Below, piece after piece: positions 31,490 to 42,404 of a stretch of DNA of 64,000 nucleotides. A program made the position numbers and the translations under genes. Positions within the stretch are counted from its first letter, which is position 1. The number at the start of each line of letters is the position of its first letter. Location of the stretch: positions 1-64,000 of the IMG/VR virus record IMGVR_UViG_3300005541_000008. One strand, given 5' to 3'. Origin of the DNA: a virus. The notes beneath the pieces are model-generated. The model had not been told where the DNA came from. It saw only the letters and a list, made by a program, of their open reading frames with translations, and did no database searches.

Positions 31490-34400
31490 TGGGGAGGGTG
31501 AGGAGGTGGTTGAAGGATATCTTCGATCCGAGGGAGCCTCCTTCACTCCTCGCGGCGCTCGAGATCGAGTTCCTAAAGCAGCAGAACGCGGCGCTTATGC
31601 GCGAAAGGGCGTATGTGGACCGCGAGAGGTTGTATCTTAGGCAGTTATGGCTTATTGTCGAGGCGCTCAAAGCCTGGGAAGGGATTTCGAATCGCTTTTG
31701 TGTAGGACCAGGGGATAAGTGTTTGAAGTGCGCTGCGGCTGGGCGTCTCGCGGATACGATACGAAACTCGGTGCTGGAGGTGTCGTTTAAGGAGGGCAAG
31801 GGTGCAGAGACCGAGAGTGAGTCTATTTCCAGGGCCGAATGAGCCGCCTTGTCAGTATCGGTTCCCTTTGGTTTGCAGGGTTGCGCGACGTCTCAAGAAA
31901 GAGAACCCTAAGCTCGCGAAGATGTTTTTAGAGGAAGCGCGGGAGTGTGAGACGTATAAGCGCCTTGTGAAGCTTGCTGAGTGTTATGTAGAGCTTTACA
32001 CGCCGAGGGCGGTTGAAATTGTTGAGGACGTAGCACGGAAGATGTAGGGAGTAGCTCGATGTGCGGCACACAGCGCACAGTGGTTCTGGTTCACAAGGGG
32101 TGCAAGGGTCTCGTGATTGAAGACAGAAAACGCCCCCCTTACGTTTATGAGCGCGACGATGGTACGCGGGAGTATCATTTCGCGCTCGTTTGCGTTAAGT
32201 GCAGGGTTGAGATTTTAGGGGACGATATGCTCGAGGACGTGTAGAGGAGGGTGATTGAGATATGTGTTGCGGGGACATTCTTATTTGGCCCGAGGTTGAG
32301 GAAGAAGAAGGGGCGCATCTTGGTCGATGCTCGGTAACCGGGCGGGGTTTGGTCGCCCCGTTAGAATCCTCCCGACCGACGGGATTCCCGGTCCGCCGTC
32401 GGGCCCCTTTACTTAAGGGAGGGAGGGTGGTTGTCGGGGTTGTGCTAGGTATGGCGCTGTCGCTCGGCACAGTACACGCAGAACACCTCTATCCTCAGGG
32501 CGAGGACCAGGCCGACCAGCCGTGTAAGTATCGCGCGGATGGGGAGCCTTATGGGTGTAGTGCTGAGGAGGCGGTGAAGGAAGAGATAAGGGCGGCTTCG
32601 CGTAAGAACGACCGCGAGCTGTTGAAGGGTAAGGGGCTGCGCGTCGAGGCGCGGGATAGGGGGGTGACGAGTGCTCACGAAAGAGACGAGAAGGCGGGTG
32701 ATCGAGAGCTTAGAAGATGAGGTGTCCGGACACTTAGAAGGGGGGCATCCTCACTCCGTCGATTGTTGCTGCTCGGCGTGTAAAACGTTGGAGGAATTGA
32801 AGCAGGAGGAAGAGAGGTGCACGGTGGCGGAAAGAACAGGGCCAAAGCCCTCAGATAAGACGCTGATCGTAAAAGGGCTTCGCGAGGGCAAATTCACGAC
32901 GTGTAGAGGGACGAAGGAACGCCTGCATGAGTTGATTGTGTACTGGGCGGGGTTTGATACGTGCCCGTTGTGCGAGTGTAGAAGGTTGTTGGGTAGTGCA
33001 CCGAGAGACGAGCCACGGGCGAGGCATGATATGGGAGGATAGCGGTGATGGACGATCTGCTTAAGGCGATAGGGGTTTTGGGGTTGGCGGTTGTGGCTAT
33101 TATCTTGGTGGTTGGTTCTTTGCACAGGTAAAGGAGCGGGTTGTGATCGAAATTGTGGTTGTCACGTCGGAGATCGTGAAACAAGAGGGCGGCGAGAGCT
33201 ACCCTAACGTACGGGTCGCGAAGTACGCGGTTGAGGAGGAAAAGATTGGGGAGAGGGTTGCAAGGGTGGCTCAACGCCTCGAGATTGAGAGTACGGCGAG
33301 AGAGAGTGATGTGGTAGTGATTGTAGCGCGGAAGAGGCAGGTAGGGCTTGTGGGGTTTAAGCCCGTAACTGATGTGTATGAGTTTGGAATGGAGACGAAG
33401 CGGGTCGAGACCTTGGTGAATCTCCTTGCGGAGGAGTGCGTTGAGGGTGGGTGGATGAGGTTTAATCACGATGGCGCTTGAGATACCGCGATTTATATTT
33501 CCGGCACCCTTTCCCCGCGGTAGCGATAGTGCTCAGGAGATAGCGGTAAAGTACGGGATGAGTGAGAATATTTTTATCGTGGATGGCAGGGTGTTGTTGG
33601 ATCTGGATTTCTTGCTCTCTTACTGTAAACTCGACCCTCTCGGGCTGGGGTTTTGTATATTGTTTAGATATATGCGTGGCGACACGACAAGGCAACAGTT
33701 TAGCACAGAGGAGAAGCGAGATTTTTGGTTTGATGAGTTGCGGGAACGGATAAGCTTCTCGGAGGAGTTTAGGAAGATTGCGAGGAGAGCGGAGGGGCGA
33801 GGTGAGCAAACACTTGGTTACCATCGAACAGGCTAACGGGTATAAACTCGTGGTCGACCTGCGTTACGTTATAGCTGTGTCTGTTATAAACCATGACAAG
33901 CTTCGTGTTAGGCTCGTTACCGGCGAAACGATGAACTTACATTTTGATATCACAAAGGAAAGGGACGACGCCTATCACGAAGTGAGAGAGCGGTGGTACT
34001 TCTGCGGGGATTTCGAAGAAGTGGCCGTAAGAGCAGGGAACACGGAGGTCAGCGAGGAGGGGAAGCGTGCACCTGACTGAAGAGCCAAAGCCCGGGGATG
34101 TGGTGTTGTTGTGCGGGCACGGGGACGAGCATCACGTCTATAAATTTAGCGCGCCTGTACGGACTATAACGCCTTGGGGCTATTCGCTCTTTGCCCAGTG
34201 GATAGCGGCGTGTGATGCGTGTTTCGAGAAGTGCGGGCCGAACAATGCGGCGAGTATCCGGATAACAAATCACGGTATCTGGAGAGGGGAGACACGTGAC
34301 GTATAAGGCGTTCCTAGATCGGATTATCGATGACGGCGAAGCGTGGGCTGAGAGAGACTACGGCGAGGGAAACCTTAAGCTCGCAGGGGCGATTGCGGGC

Positions 34401-35027
34401 TTCGAGGCGTGTAGGGATAAGGAGCCGAAGGAGATTCGCGAGCTGCTCGATAAAGCGCACGTTGAGACTATGGAGGCTGCAGGGCGGAAGGACGCGAAGT
34501 ATTGGTGGTTTCGGGTTTATGAAGCTGAGGTGGAGTGGGTCGCGAATTGTGTAAGTGCGATGTTGGTGGTGGAGGGCAAGAAGCCGATTTCGGAAGTGAC
34601 CGCGGGAGGGTTTGATAAGGTGTGTCGCGTGCTAGGGATCAGGAAGGAAAGGCCCTTGTGGGAGTAGTGAGATGGATGAGAGGTGTCTTAAGACGATAGA
34701 GCTTCAGGATGAGGCGGGACGTGGGACTTCGATTGCGTTTGTGTGTGGGTTGCTCGTTGATCATAAGGGGCCGCACATTTCAAGCGGGAGCGAACACGTG
34801 GGGGAGCATAAAGAGTGGTGCGTGTCGTGGGTGAATCGGGACGAGCCGTATCTCGTGTGAGACCTGAGGTGAAGGAGTCGTCCTCGGGTTATTGGTTGGT
34901 TTGGTGGAGTCGTGACCTCTGGATCCAGTTTCCGAAGGGGAGGGAAGCCACTCTAGCCGACGGTTTTGGGTGGGTTACTGAAGGACATGTCGCGGAGGCT
35001 AATCTCCTAACTCGGTCGAGGTAGGGC

Positions 35028-35333
35028 ATGGTTCCGATCTACTCTCTAATCCCAGGGCGCATTCGTGGCGCGCTCCACCGATACGTCGAGCATCACATCC
35101 CGACTGGAGATTTCCTACGCGCAGTGCTCGAGAACGATCTCAAGAACGCCTTTGCTCTTGCGGACGACGACTGTCTCGCGGCGCTCTTTCACATTGTTGC
35201 GTTTTGTTATAATGAGATCCCCGGTCCGTGTTGGGGCTCGAAGGAAGCGTTTCGTGAGTGGGTTGGGGCGAGGGATTTGGACGCAGGGGGTGAGTGCGTG
35301 ACTTGCGGGAGGAGGGGGCAGGGTGATTCTTAA
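35028..35333 (+). CDS. Phage hypothetical protein
   Basis: GDFLRAVLENDL..AFALADD...CWGS. Confidence 0.55.
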   Translation: MVPIYSLIPGRIRGALHRYVEHHIPTGDFLRAVLENDLKNAFALADDDCLAALFHIVAFCYNEIPGPCWGSKEAFREWVGARDLDAGGECVTCGRRGQGDS

Positions 35334-35767
35334 TGAGGGCGATGAGATGATCTGCGTTTGGACGATCGCGGGACGCAACCGCGACTTCCAAGCGTATCTT
35401 TGCCGGAGAGCGGAAGGGAAGAAGCTCCATCTCGAGTACAGGTTTCGGTATTATGTTGATGATAAGGTGTTTGATAGTAAGGATAGGAAGTCGTGGTACG
35501 CTTTTGAAGCTACGGGCACGGAGGATGAGGCGATCGAGAAGATCGATTTTATGTGCGAGAATATTGTCGGAGAGGGATTTGCTAAGGTTGACGACGCATT
35601 TCTCGGTGCTGTGGTAGATAAGGTGGTTGTGCGCGGAGGGATAGATAAGTTCGAAGAGCTTATGAAGGGCAAGCCTTACATGCATTGGAGGGTGGAGAAG
35701 CTGCACTGATGGGTAAGGGGCACCGCTCAAGGCGGGGCTGTGTTTGAGATGCTTTGGGAGGGGGTAG

Positions 35768-36145
35768 GTGGACTACGAGTTTTATTGGATTCTCAAAGAC
35801 GGCCAACCTGTTCCCGAGCCGGATGTGATAAAGTGGGCGGAGTGGATGAAGGTCGCGGATCGGAAGGTTGCGAAAACCGACATGACTACTGCCCTGGGGA
35901 GGTTTCACGTCTCGACGATATTTTTAGGGTTCAACCATAACTTCGTCGATGACGGCCCGCCTATACTCTTCGAGACGGCGGTGTTTGATCGAACGGGAGG
36001 CGTGAATTTTCGGCCGATAGAGATGCGGAGATATGCGACTTTGGACGAAGCCTTAGCAGGGCACGAGGAAGTAGTTGGGGAGGTGGCGCGTCTGAAGATT
36101 TGGCCGGATCGGGATTGTGTTGAGGAACCGGAGCACGGGTTGTGA
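35768..36145 (+). CDS. Phage hypothetical protein
   Basis: VSTIFLGFNH...PPILFETAVF...RYATLDEALAGH. Confidence 0.6.
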   Translation: MDYEFYWILKDGQPVPEPDVIKWAEWMKVADRKVAKTDMTTALGRFHVSTIFLGFNHNFVDDGPPILFETAVFDRTGGVNFRPIEMRRYATLDEALAGHEEVVGEVARLKIWPDRDCVEEPEHGL

Positions 36146-36546
36146 AGAAGGTGGTGTTGTTGCTTATTTGGGTTCTCTGGATGAATCAGTCAGGCAACGG
36201 TTGGGTGCGATGGGCGATGTTCGACAGAGAGGATTACTGTGTTGCTACGAGACTGCTTTTTGAGGGAGCCGATAAAATGGCTAACAACAAGAACATACAG
36301 ATGCTTTGCCTGCCGGAAGGCGTGAAGCCTGGGGCTAAGATTTGAATAAGGGCTTAGTTGCGCGGGCGTGGAGTATGCGTGTTTTTTACTTCGTTGTGGG
36401 ATATACATGCGGGGTTTGGGTGGTGTTGTATAACGCGCCGCACTTAGTAGGGCTCGGACTCGAGAGTTGGGTAGTTGGTGTGTTGTCGTGCGTTGGGGGC
36501 TTTTTCTCGGCGGAGTTTGTGTGGAAGAGGCTAGGAAAGTGATAAT

Positions 36547-36738
36547 AGGTGGGCGGCGTGGAGGCTCTGGCGGGGCCTCAATAGACACGCAATAGGTTGA
36601 GCGCAGCCGGGTCACGGCGCTAGGGTCCATAGCTCGGCTGAGGCGCCTCAGGGTCCGATAAGTGGCTAGGGCGAGCCGGCCGGTCAGTGCGCACTATCCG
36701 ACGTTAAGCGCGGAGCGGGTAGAAATCCCGCCCCACCT
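36547..36738 (+). ncRNA. tRNA-like structured ncRNA with large internal insertion
   Basis: 7-bp acceptor AGGTGGG/CCCACCT; T-arm GCGGG-TAGAAAT-CCCGC; D-like stem GCGTG/CACGC with an inserted hairpin; ~124 nt multi-hairpin insert in place of the anticodon arm; lies in an intergenic gap. Confidence 0.65.
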
Positions 36739-37704
36739 TTAGAAGGAACAACCGTGAGCAACGGGAAAGAGTACGATTGGGAGACCGCGTGTCCTAAGCG
36801 CGCGGATGCGCAACATTGTAATTGTTGGTATGATGGGGAGAAGTGTTGTGCGTGCGGGGCACCGGAGATGACCGCGGAGGAGAAAAAGGAAGCGGGGGCG
36901 GAGGAGTAATGCTAATGAGTCACGATTTGAACCTACTCGCGGCTATCGCTGCGCTATTTTCTTCTGCCCTCCTCCTTCTAAAGCACAAGAGGAGAAATAG
37001 TCGGGGCATACTCGTGCGGGAAGCGCTCGCCGGAAAGAGAGCGATGTTCTGGGATATGTGGTTTAGTGGGCTCTTGGCCGGGTTGTGTTTGTTGAATTTG
37101 TGGATCTTTCTTAAGGGGAGGTGAGTATGGTTAAGAGAAACGTTGTCCATAAGGGGTGTGGTGGTTCCCTCTTCACGCAGGGTGGCAAGGTGTTGTGTTC
37201 GAAATGTAAGCTGTTGCGTCATGTGAATGAGGATGAGGAGAGGAGAGTTGCGACGAGGAACGAGGATGAGGATTGGCTTTTTAATTATGCGGTGCTCTAC
37301 GGGATTTTGGACGCTGAGCAGAGCGTTGTGATTCCGGAGCCGGAGCCCGTTCCAGAACCAGAACCGGTTCTCGAGCCCGGGGGTGGAGAGTTTGGCGGGG
37401 CGGGAGCCGAGGGGAGCTTTGCGGACGCGCCGGCGCCCGAAGCTCAGGAACACGCTGACGTAGCACCGCCGCCCGATGTTGACGTAACGCCGGATCCCGG
37501 AGGGGAGGCCTAATGTTAGGGCCGGGCAGGTACGACGACCTCTGCAACGAGGCGCGAAGGAAATCGGGGGCAGTGGGCGCTGCGTTGATTATCTTCGGTG
37601 GCAAGGACGGTCACGGGTTTTCGGTACAGGCGCCTATCTTCGTGCTTAACGATTTACCGGGCGTGTTGCGGTATATGGCGGACGAGATTGAGAAGGACTT
37701 AAGC

Positions 37705-37779
37705 TCACGGGTCGTCTAATTGGCAGGACGACGGACTCTGAATCCGTAAACGGGGGTTCGATGCCCTCCCCGTGAACCA
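37705..37779 (+). tRNA. tRNA-Gln (CTG)
   Basis: Acceptor TCACGGG/CCCGTGA, anticodon arm ACGGA-CTCTGAA-TCCGT, TTCG T-loop, encoded CCA. Confidence 0.9.
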
Positions 37780-37938
37780 AGGAGGCGCGATGAAGGTAAG
37801 GTGTCGGTGGTGCAAGAAGAACTGCGTAGAGCTGACGTTCTTTACGTGGTTAGTGTATCGAACATGGGGAACGCTGCTCTACGCAATTGTGCCGTGTGAT
37901 GATTGCTATGTAGATGTGGCAAACTGTTTTAGGGACTA

Positions 37939-38793
37939 GTGAAGAGGGGTGATGGGTGGGTAAGGAAAATGAAGCCGTGTATTCTCACCGTGAAGCGCGG
38001 GAGATATTATTGTGAGCAGCATAAGAGGTACTGCGTGCTCGATAAGAACCGGACAACCCCGACTTACCAGTGTCCTATGAGGGGGGAAGTGATAAAGATC
38101 CGCGCGAAGAAGAAGAGGGTGCCGAAGGCGCTCGAAGCCGCGTTTAACAGCGTTTACACGTTTACGGACACGCTGCGCGGGATCTTGGGTAAGTGCGGCT
38201 TCGTGGAGGGGTGTAAGATAGCGCGGATGCTCGTACATTGGAAGGGCGAGGTGGAGCGTCTCGTGGGGACAGAGGGGCAGCGTCCGGTCGATGTCGCGGC
38301 GAATATGCACACTGCAATCGACACGCTTATTGAAGAGGATAAAAGGAGGTCGCCGGATGAGTATGAGAAGGTGCGGTGCTCGAAGGGGTGCGCGTTCTGT
38401 TGCGAGTTGTATGTCACGGTTACTGAGCAGGAGGCTGAACTGCTTGTTGAAGGGGCGAAGGAGAACGGATGGGAGATTGATCGTGCTCGTCTCGAGAAGC
38501 AAATTTCATTTACTGACGGGAAGGCGTGGGCCGCTGCGCCGAGAGAGGAGAGAAGGTGCGTGTTTTTGGCGGAGAACGGTACGTGTGCGGTGTACGAGTA
38601 TAGGCCCATGGCGTGTAGGTGCTTGTTTGTGTTTAGTGAGCCGTCGGAGTGTAATGTCGAAACGAGCAAGCACGTTTGGAGGTTAGCTGTGATCGAGGCT
38701 GAGGTAGCGACGACAGCTGCGATCACGGTTCTTGGGACTGGCTCCTTAGCGGAGATGGTCCGTGCGAAGTTAGGGCAGAGTGGAGTTTTGTAG
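37939..38793 (+). CDS. YkgJ-family cysteine-cluster (Fe-S/Zn) protein
   Basis: CSKGCAFCC...CVFL...CAVYEYRPMACR. Confidence 0.85.
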   Translation: MKRGDGWVRKMKPCILTVKRGRYYCEQHKRYCVLDKNRTTPTYQCPMRGEVIKIRAKKKRVPKALEAAFNSVYTFTDTLRGILGKCGFVEGCKIARMLVHWKGEVERLVGTEGQRPVDVAANMHTAIDTLIEEDKRRSPDEYEKVRCSKGCAFCCELYVTVTEQEAELLVEGAKENGWEIDRARLEKQISFTDGKAWAAAPREERRCVFLAENGTCAVYEYRPMACRCLFVFSEPSECNVETSKHVWRLAVIEAEVATTAAITVLGTGSLAEMVRAKLGQSGVL

Positions 38794-39636
38794 AGTAGGG
38801 GCGCGGCGAGGTAGCGTTTTGTAGCGGCGTGGTATGGTAATGTATTGCGACGGCGTAGTACTGTGGCGTAGGGTAGCGGCGCGCTATTGTGGGGTAATGT
38901 AACGGCGAGGTGTGGCACTGTGTTGTAGTGTAAGGCGAAGGCGCAGCATGGTGTAGTATCGCGATGGCATGGCATAGTACCGTGTTGTAACGGCAAGGTA
39001 AAGTATCGCAGGGGATCGCGGTGGCATAGTGCAGTGTTGCAACGGTATTGCGTAGTGCAGTGTTGTATCGGTAAAGCGCGGCATAGTGCCGGCAAAGTGC
39101 AGCGGTGCGTTGGTAAAGTGTGGTATAGTGCCGTCGGGGTATAGCCGTGTGACGTATTGTGCCGGCAAAGTGCGGTGTGGTAGGGTAAGGGTAAGGTAAT
39201 GCACTGTATCGTGGAGGCAAAGTGGAGCGTGGTATGGCGCGGGTAAAGTGTAGTTTCGTGTAGTGGTGTACCGGCATTGCGATGTGTTGTGGAGCATGGG
39301 CAAGGTGCAGTATTGTATCGTGTCTGTAGGGTCCGGTAATGTATCGCGTCGGCAAGGTGCAGCATTGTTCCGTCTAGGTAAAGTGTGGTATCGCGTGGGT
39401 ATAGTTTGGTAAAGTGTGGGTATAGTTTGGTAAAGTGCGGTAGTGGTAAAGTTCAGCATCGCGTTGTGGAGTGCTGTTTGGGTGAGGTGCGGCATAGCTC
39501 TGTGCAGCGAGGGTGTAGTGCGGTGCAGTAGTGGCAATGCAGTGTGTAGCATCGGCATTGTCTTGTAGGGCGCTGTAGCGTGGGGGCATTGTCTCGTAGG
39601 GTACAGCGGGGGTGTAGCAACGTATAGTAACGGCAA
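38773..39636 (+). repeat. Non-coding NGYNN pentamer array 1 (upstream of RAMP gene)
   Basis: Near-continuous parse, e.g. cggcaa agtgc ggtgt ggtag ggtaa gggtaa ggtaa tgcac tgtat cgtgg aggcaa agtgg agcgt ggtat ggcgc; a hexamer NGGYNN roughly every 3-5 pentamers; ends at the RBS of the RAMP gene. Confidence 0.9.
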
Positions 39637-39650
39637 AGGAGGAGGAGAGC

Positions 39651-40301
39651 GTGGCAAAAGCAACGAAGGATAAAGAAGCGAAACCAGTACCGCGTGTGGG
39701 CAAGGTCGTTTACGATGTCGATATTACACTGACCGAGCCTATGTTGGGCACAGTGCCTTATAACAAGGAGATCTACGCGGAGTTTATCGAGAAGAGCAAG
39801 CCCAAGGAGATCTCCGAGGACGAGACGGCGACGGTGCCCGAGAGGGATGAGAAGACGGGGTGGACAGGGTTTCACGTTGACGAGAATGGCAAGGGCCTCT
39901 TCATCTACGATTACATGGTGAAGGGGTTTATGAAGAACGCGGCATCGTCGCTCAAGGAGTTCGACGACGTCGGGAAGGAGGAGAAGGGGCAGAAGCAACT
40001 CATCAACAACCTCGTTTTTGTGTTTCCGCGGCGGATCTTTCTCCATAAGAAGAAGGGTGATGGAGTGCTGGAACGTCCGCTGAGAGCGCAGACGATGCAA
40101 GGGCCTCGCGTAACACTCGTGCGCTCAGATCAGGTCGCAGAGGGCACCAAGTTCAAGTGCGAGATTATTGTGCTTGACGGGAATCGAATTACCGAAGCTA
40201 AGCTCCGGAAGTGGCTTGACTACGGAGCGTTTATGGGCCTTGGGCAGTTTCGTAATGGATCGTATGGGAGATTTACGTACGAGATGGTGAAGCGGCGGTA
40301 A
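39651..40301 (+). CDS. Stand-alone Cas7/RAMP-superfamily RNA-binding protein
   Basis: N-terminal strand VDITLTEPMLG, IYDYMVKGFMKNA helix, ERPLRA thumb-like region, C-terminal Gly-rich loop YGAFMGLGQFRNGSYGRF; AGGAGGAGG RBS. Confidence 0.8.
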   Translation: MAKATKDKEAKPVPRVGKVVYDVDITLTEPMLGTVPYNKEIYAEFIEKSKPKEISEDETATVPERDEKTGWTGFHVDENGKGLFIYDYMVKGFMKNAASSLKEFDDVGKEEKGQKQLINNLVFVFPRRIFLHKKKGDGVLERPLRAQTMQGPRVTLVRSDQVAEGTKFKCEIIVLDGNRITEAKLRKWLDYGAFMGLGQFRNGSYGRFTYEMVKRR

Positions 40302-41926
40302 GGCGTAGTAGGGTAAAGTACGGGCACTGTGGAGCGTTGTGAAGTGAAGGTGAAGCAGAGTGTTGTATCGGCTCAGCAGAGTGCTGTAGTGCGCTGGTAA
40401 GGTGAAGTGTAGTAAAGCTTAGGCGCGGTGTTGTACCGTGTGGCGATGGCGGGGGTGAGGTGTGGCTCAGTAGTGTGTTGGTAAAGTAAAGCGTTGCGAT
40501 GTGTCGGTAAAGTATTGCGATGCGTGGTAAAGCGGCGGTATGGTGCAGCGCTGTAACGGTAGGGTCTAGTGATGTAATGCTACGGCAGAGTAATGCGATG
40601 TCGTGCGATGGCAGAGCAGAATACCGTGATGTAGAGGTATGGCAAAGCAGGGTGTTGTAGCGTGCGGGTATGGTGTAGCGCAATGCTGTAGAGTAACGGT
40701 GTGGTGGAGCAGGGTAGCGTGGCGGTACGGTGATGCACTGCGGAGTAATGTAGCGGTCTAGTATAGCTCTGTTACGTACGGTAACGGTACTGCATAGCTT
40801 TGTTGCGTAAGGCGTAGGTAATGCGTTGTTCGGTAGGGTAGTGTGGCGGTACTGCGTAGTGTGGTGGAGTGCCGTGGTGGTACTGCCTTGTTGAGTTAAG
40901 TGGAGTTCTGGCAGAGTAAGGCAGAGCGCTGCAGCGGTGTTGCGATGTTCTGTGTGGGTATTGTGACGTATAGTGGCGGTAAAGTGGAGTCCTGTAACGG
41001 CGCTGCATGGTACCGTATCGCACAGGTATTGTATAGCATGGCCCCGCTTTGGTAGGGTATGGCATCGTACGGGTAAAGTATCGCAGAGTCCTGCTTTGGT
41101 AAAGTTCAGCATGGTTTGGTACCAGTAGTGTTGGGTGCGGTGATGTGGGGTTTTGGTAAAGTATGGTGTCGTGCTGCGTGGGTACAGCGATGTAGAGTGA
41201 CGTATTGGTAGAGTGCTGCAATGTGGCGGTACAGTTTTGTCTTGTGGCGTGTCGGCAAAGTCCGGCTTTGTGCTGTTGCGGTAACGTATGGTGTCGTACA
41301 GCGTTGGTAAAGTGTCGTCGTGTGGCGCGTAGGTAAAGTGCTGCAGTGCGGGGCTTTGGTAAAGCTTGGTGTTGTGCTGTTGTGGTATAGTAGCGTCGTG
41401 TAGCGCACGGGTAAAGTCTGGTGTTGTGCTGCGGCGGTAAAGTGTTGCGCTGTGCTGCGGCGGTAAAGTGTGGTGGTGTGGCGCGTAGGTAAAGTTTTGT
41501 GTTGTTTCGCGGTGGTCTTGTGTTGTGCCGTAATGGTTTTGTACTGGTGCAGTTTGGCGATGTGCCGTGTTGGTAAGGCGCGGTCATGTAACGTGTTGGT
41601 AAAGTCTAGTGATGCAATGCTTCGGTAAAGCGGTGTGGTGCGTTGGCATTGTGCAGTACTGTAATGCGCTGGTAAGGCGCGGTCATGTAATGCTTTGCTT
41701 TGGTAGCGCAGTGTGCAGTAACGGCAGAGTACTGTAGCGTGCCGTGACGGCAGAGCAGAGTTAGGTAAGGCGGCGGTAGAGTTAGGTAATGTAACGGTAG
41801 AGTAGCGTTGCGTAATGGCGTAGTGGAGTATAGTGATGTAATGGCGTAGCAGAGTAGAGTTATGTAACGGCGTTGTATAGTAGTGTGTAGCTGTAGGTGT
41901 AGTACAGTGAAGTGGCGTGACGGCGG
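40296..41926 (+). repeat. Non-coding NGYNN pentamer array 2 (downstream of RAMP gene)
   Basis: Begins in the RAMP stop codon (cggTAA); e.g. cggtaa agtgt tgcgc tgtgc tgcgg cggtaa agtgt ggtgg tgtgg cgcgt aggtaa agttt tgtgt tgttt cgcgg; ~1.6 kb. Confidence 0.9.
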
Positions 41927-41935
41927 AGCAACGCT

Positions 41936-42328
41936 ATGGTCAACGTCGGGATTGTGGGATCGAGAGCGAGGACAGCGCCCGAGGATAAGGAGCGCACGAG
42001 GGTGGCGCTTCTCGAGCTGCTCGATGAGTTTGGTAAGGAGAACGTTACCATTGTCTCTGGAGGGTGTCCTGACGGCGCTGATCAGTTTGCCGAGCAGTTT
42101 GCCGCGGAGTACGGCTTGCCCAAGATTATCCACCATCCCGATAAGAGTAAGTTAAGGGCGAAGGCGCGTTGGGCGTATGCGGAGATATACCACGCGCGAA
42201 ACACATTCGTGGCGCGGGATGCCGAGGTGCTTATTGCCGTGATTAATAAGGGGAAAGAGGGTGGCACGGAGCACTGCGTGAGAGAGTTCTTGAAGATGGG
42301 GAAGAAGAGGTTGGTGATTATCGAATAA
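41936..42328 (+). CDS. SLOG-superfamily (DprA/YspA-like) nucleotide-binding protein
   Basis: VGIVGSR, IVSGGCPDGAD..AE, YHARN, GGTEH. Confidence 0.8.
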   Translation: MVNVGIVGSRARTAPEDKERTRVALLELLDEFGKENVTIVSGGCPDGADQFAEQFAAEYGLPKIIHHPDKSKLRAKARWAYAEIYHARNTFVARDAEVLIAVINKGKEGGTEHCVREFLKMGKKRLVIIE

Positions 42329-42331
42329 AGG

Positions 42332-42404
42332 TGCGCCGTAGGCTAATGGTAGTCCGCTGGTCTCATAAGCCAGACGCTCCGGTTCGATTCCGGACGGCGC
42401 AACC
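42332..42404 (+). tRNA. tRNA with CAT anticodon (Met or Ile2)
   Basis: Acceptor TGCGCCG/CGGCGCA, CTGGT-CTCATAA-GCCAG, GGTTCGATTCC; CCA not fully encoded. Confidence 0.85.

Noticed and set aside
36547-36738. tmRNA or intron-containing tRNA assignment for the tRNA-like RNA
   Set aside because: No G3-U70 alanine identity pair, no clear tag ORF, too short for tmRNA, and no recognisable anticodon arm or splice junction.
38773-41926. Calling the arrays CRISPR
   Set aside because: There is no constant 23-50 nt direct repeat alternating with unique spacers; conservation is limited to the GY in each 5-6 nt unit.
38154-42136. Long minus-strand His/Thr/Tyr/Pro-rich ORFs (e.g. 38154-39365, 38884-39663, 40273-41112, 40772-41587)
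   Set aside because: They are open in several overlapping frames, oppose the local gene direction and are explained by the stop-poor reverse complement of the pentamer arrays; a 5/6-nt period does not fit codon structure.
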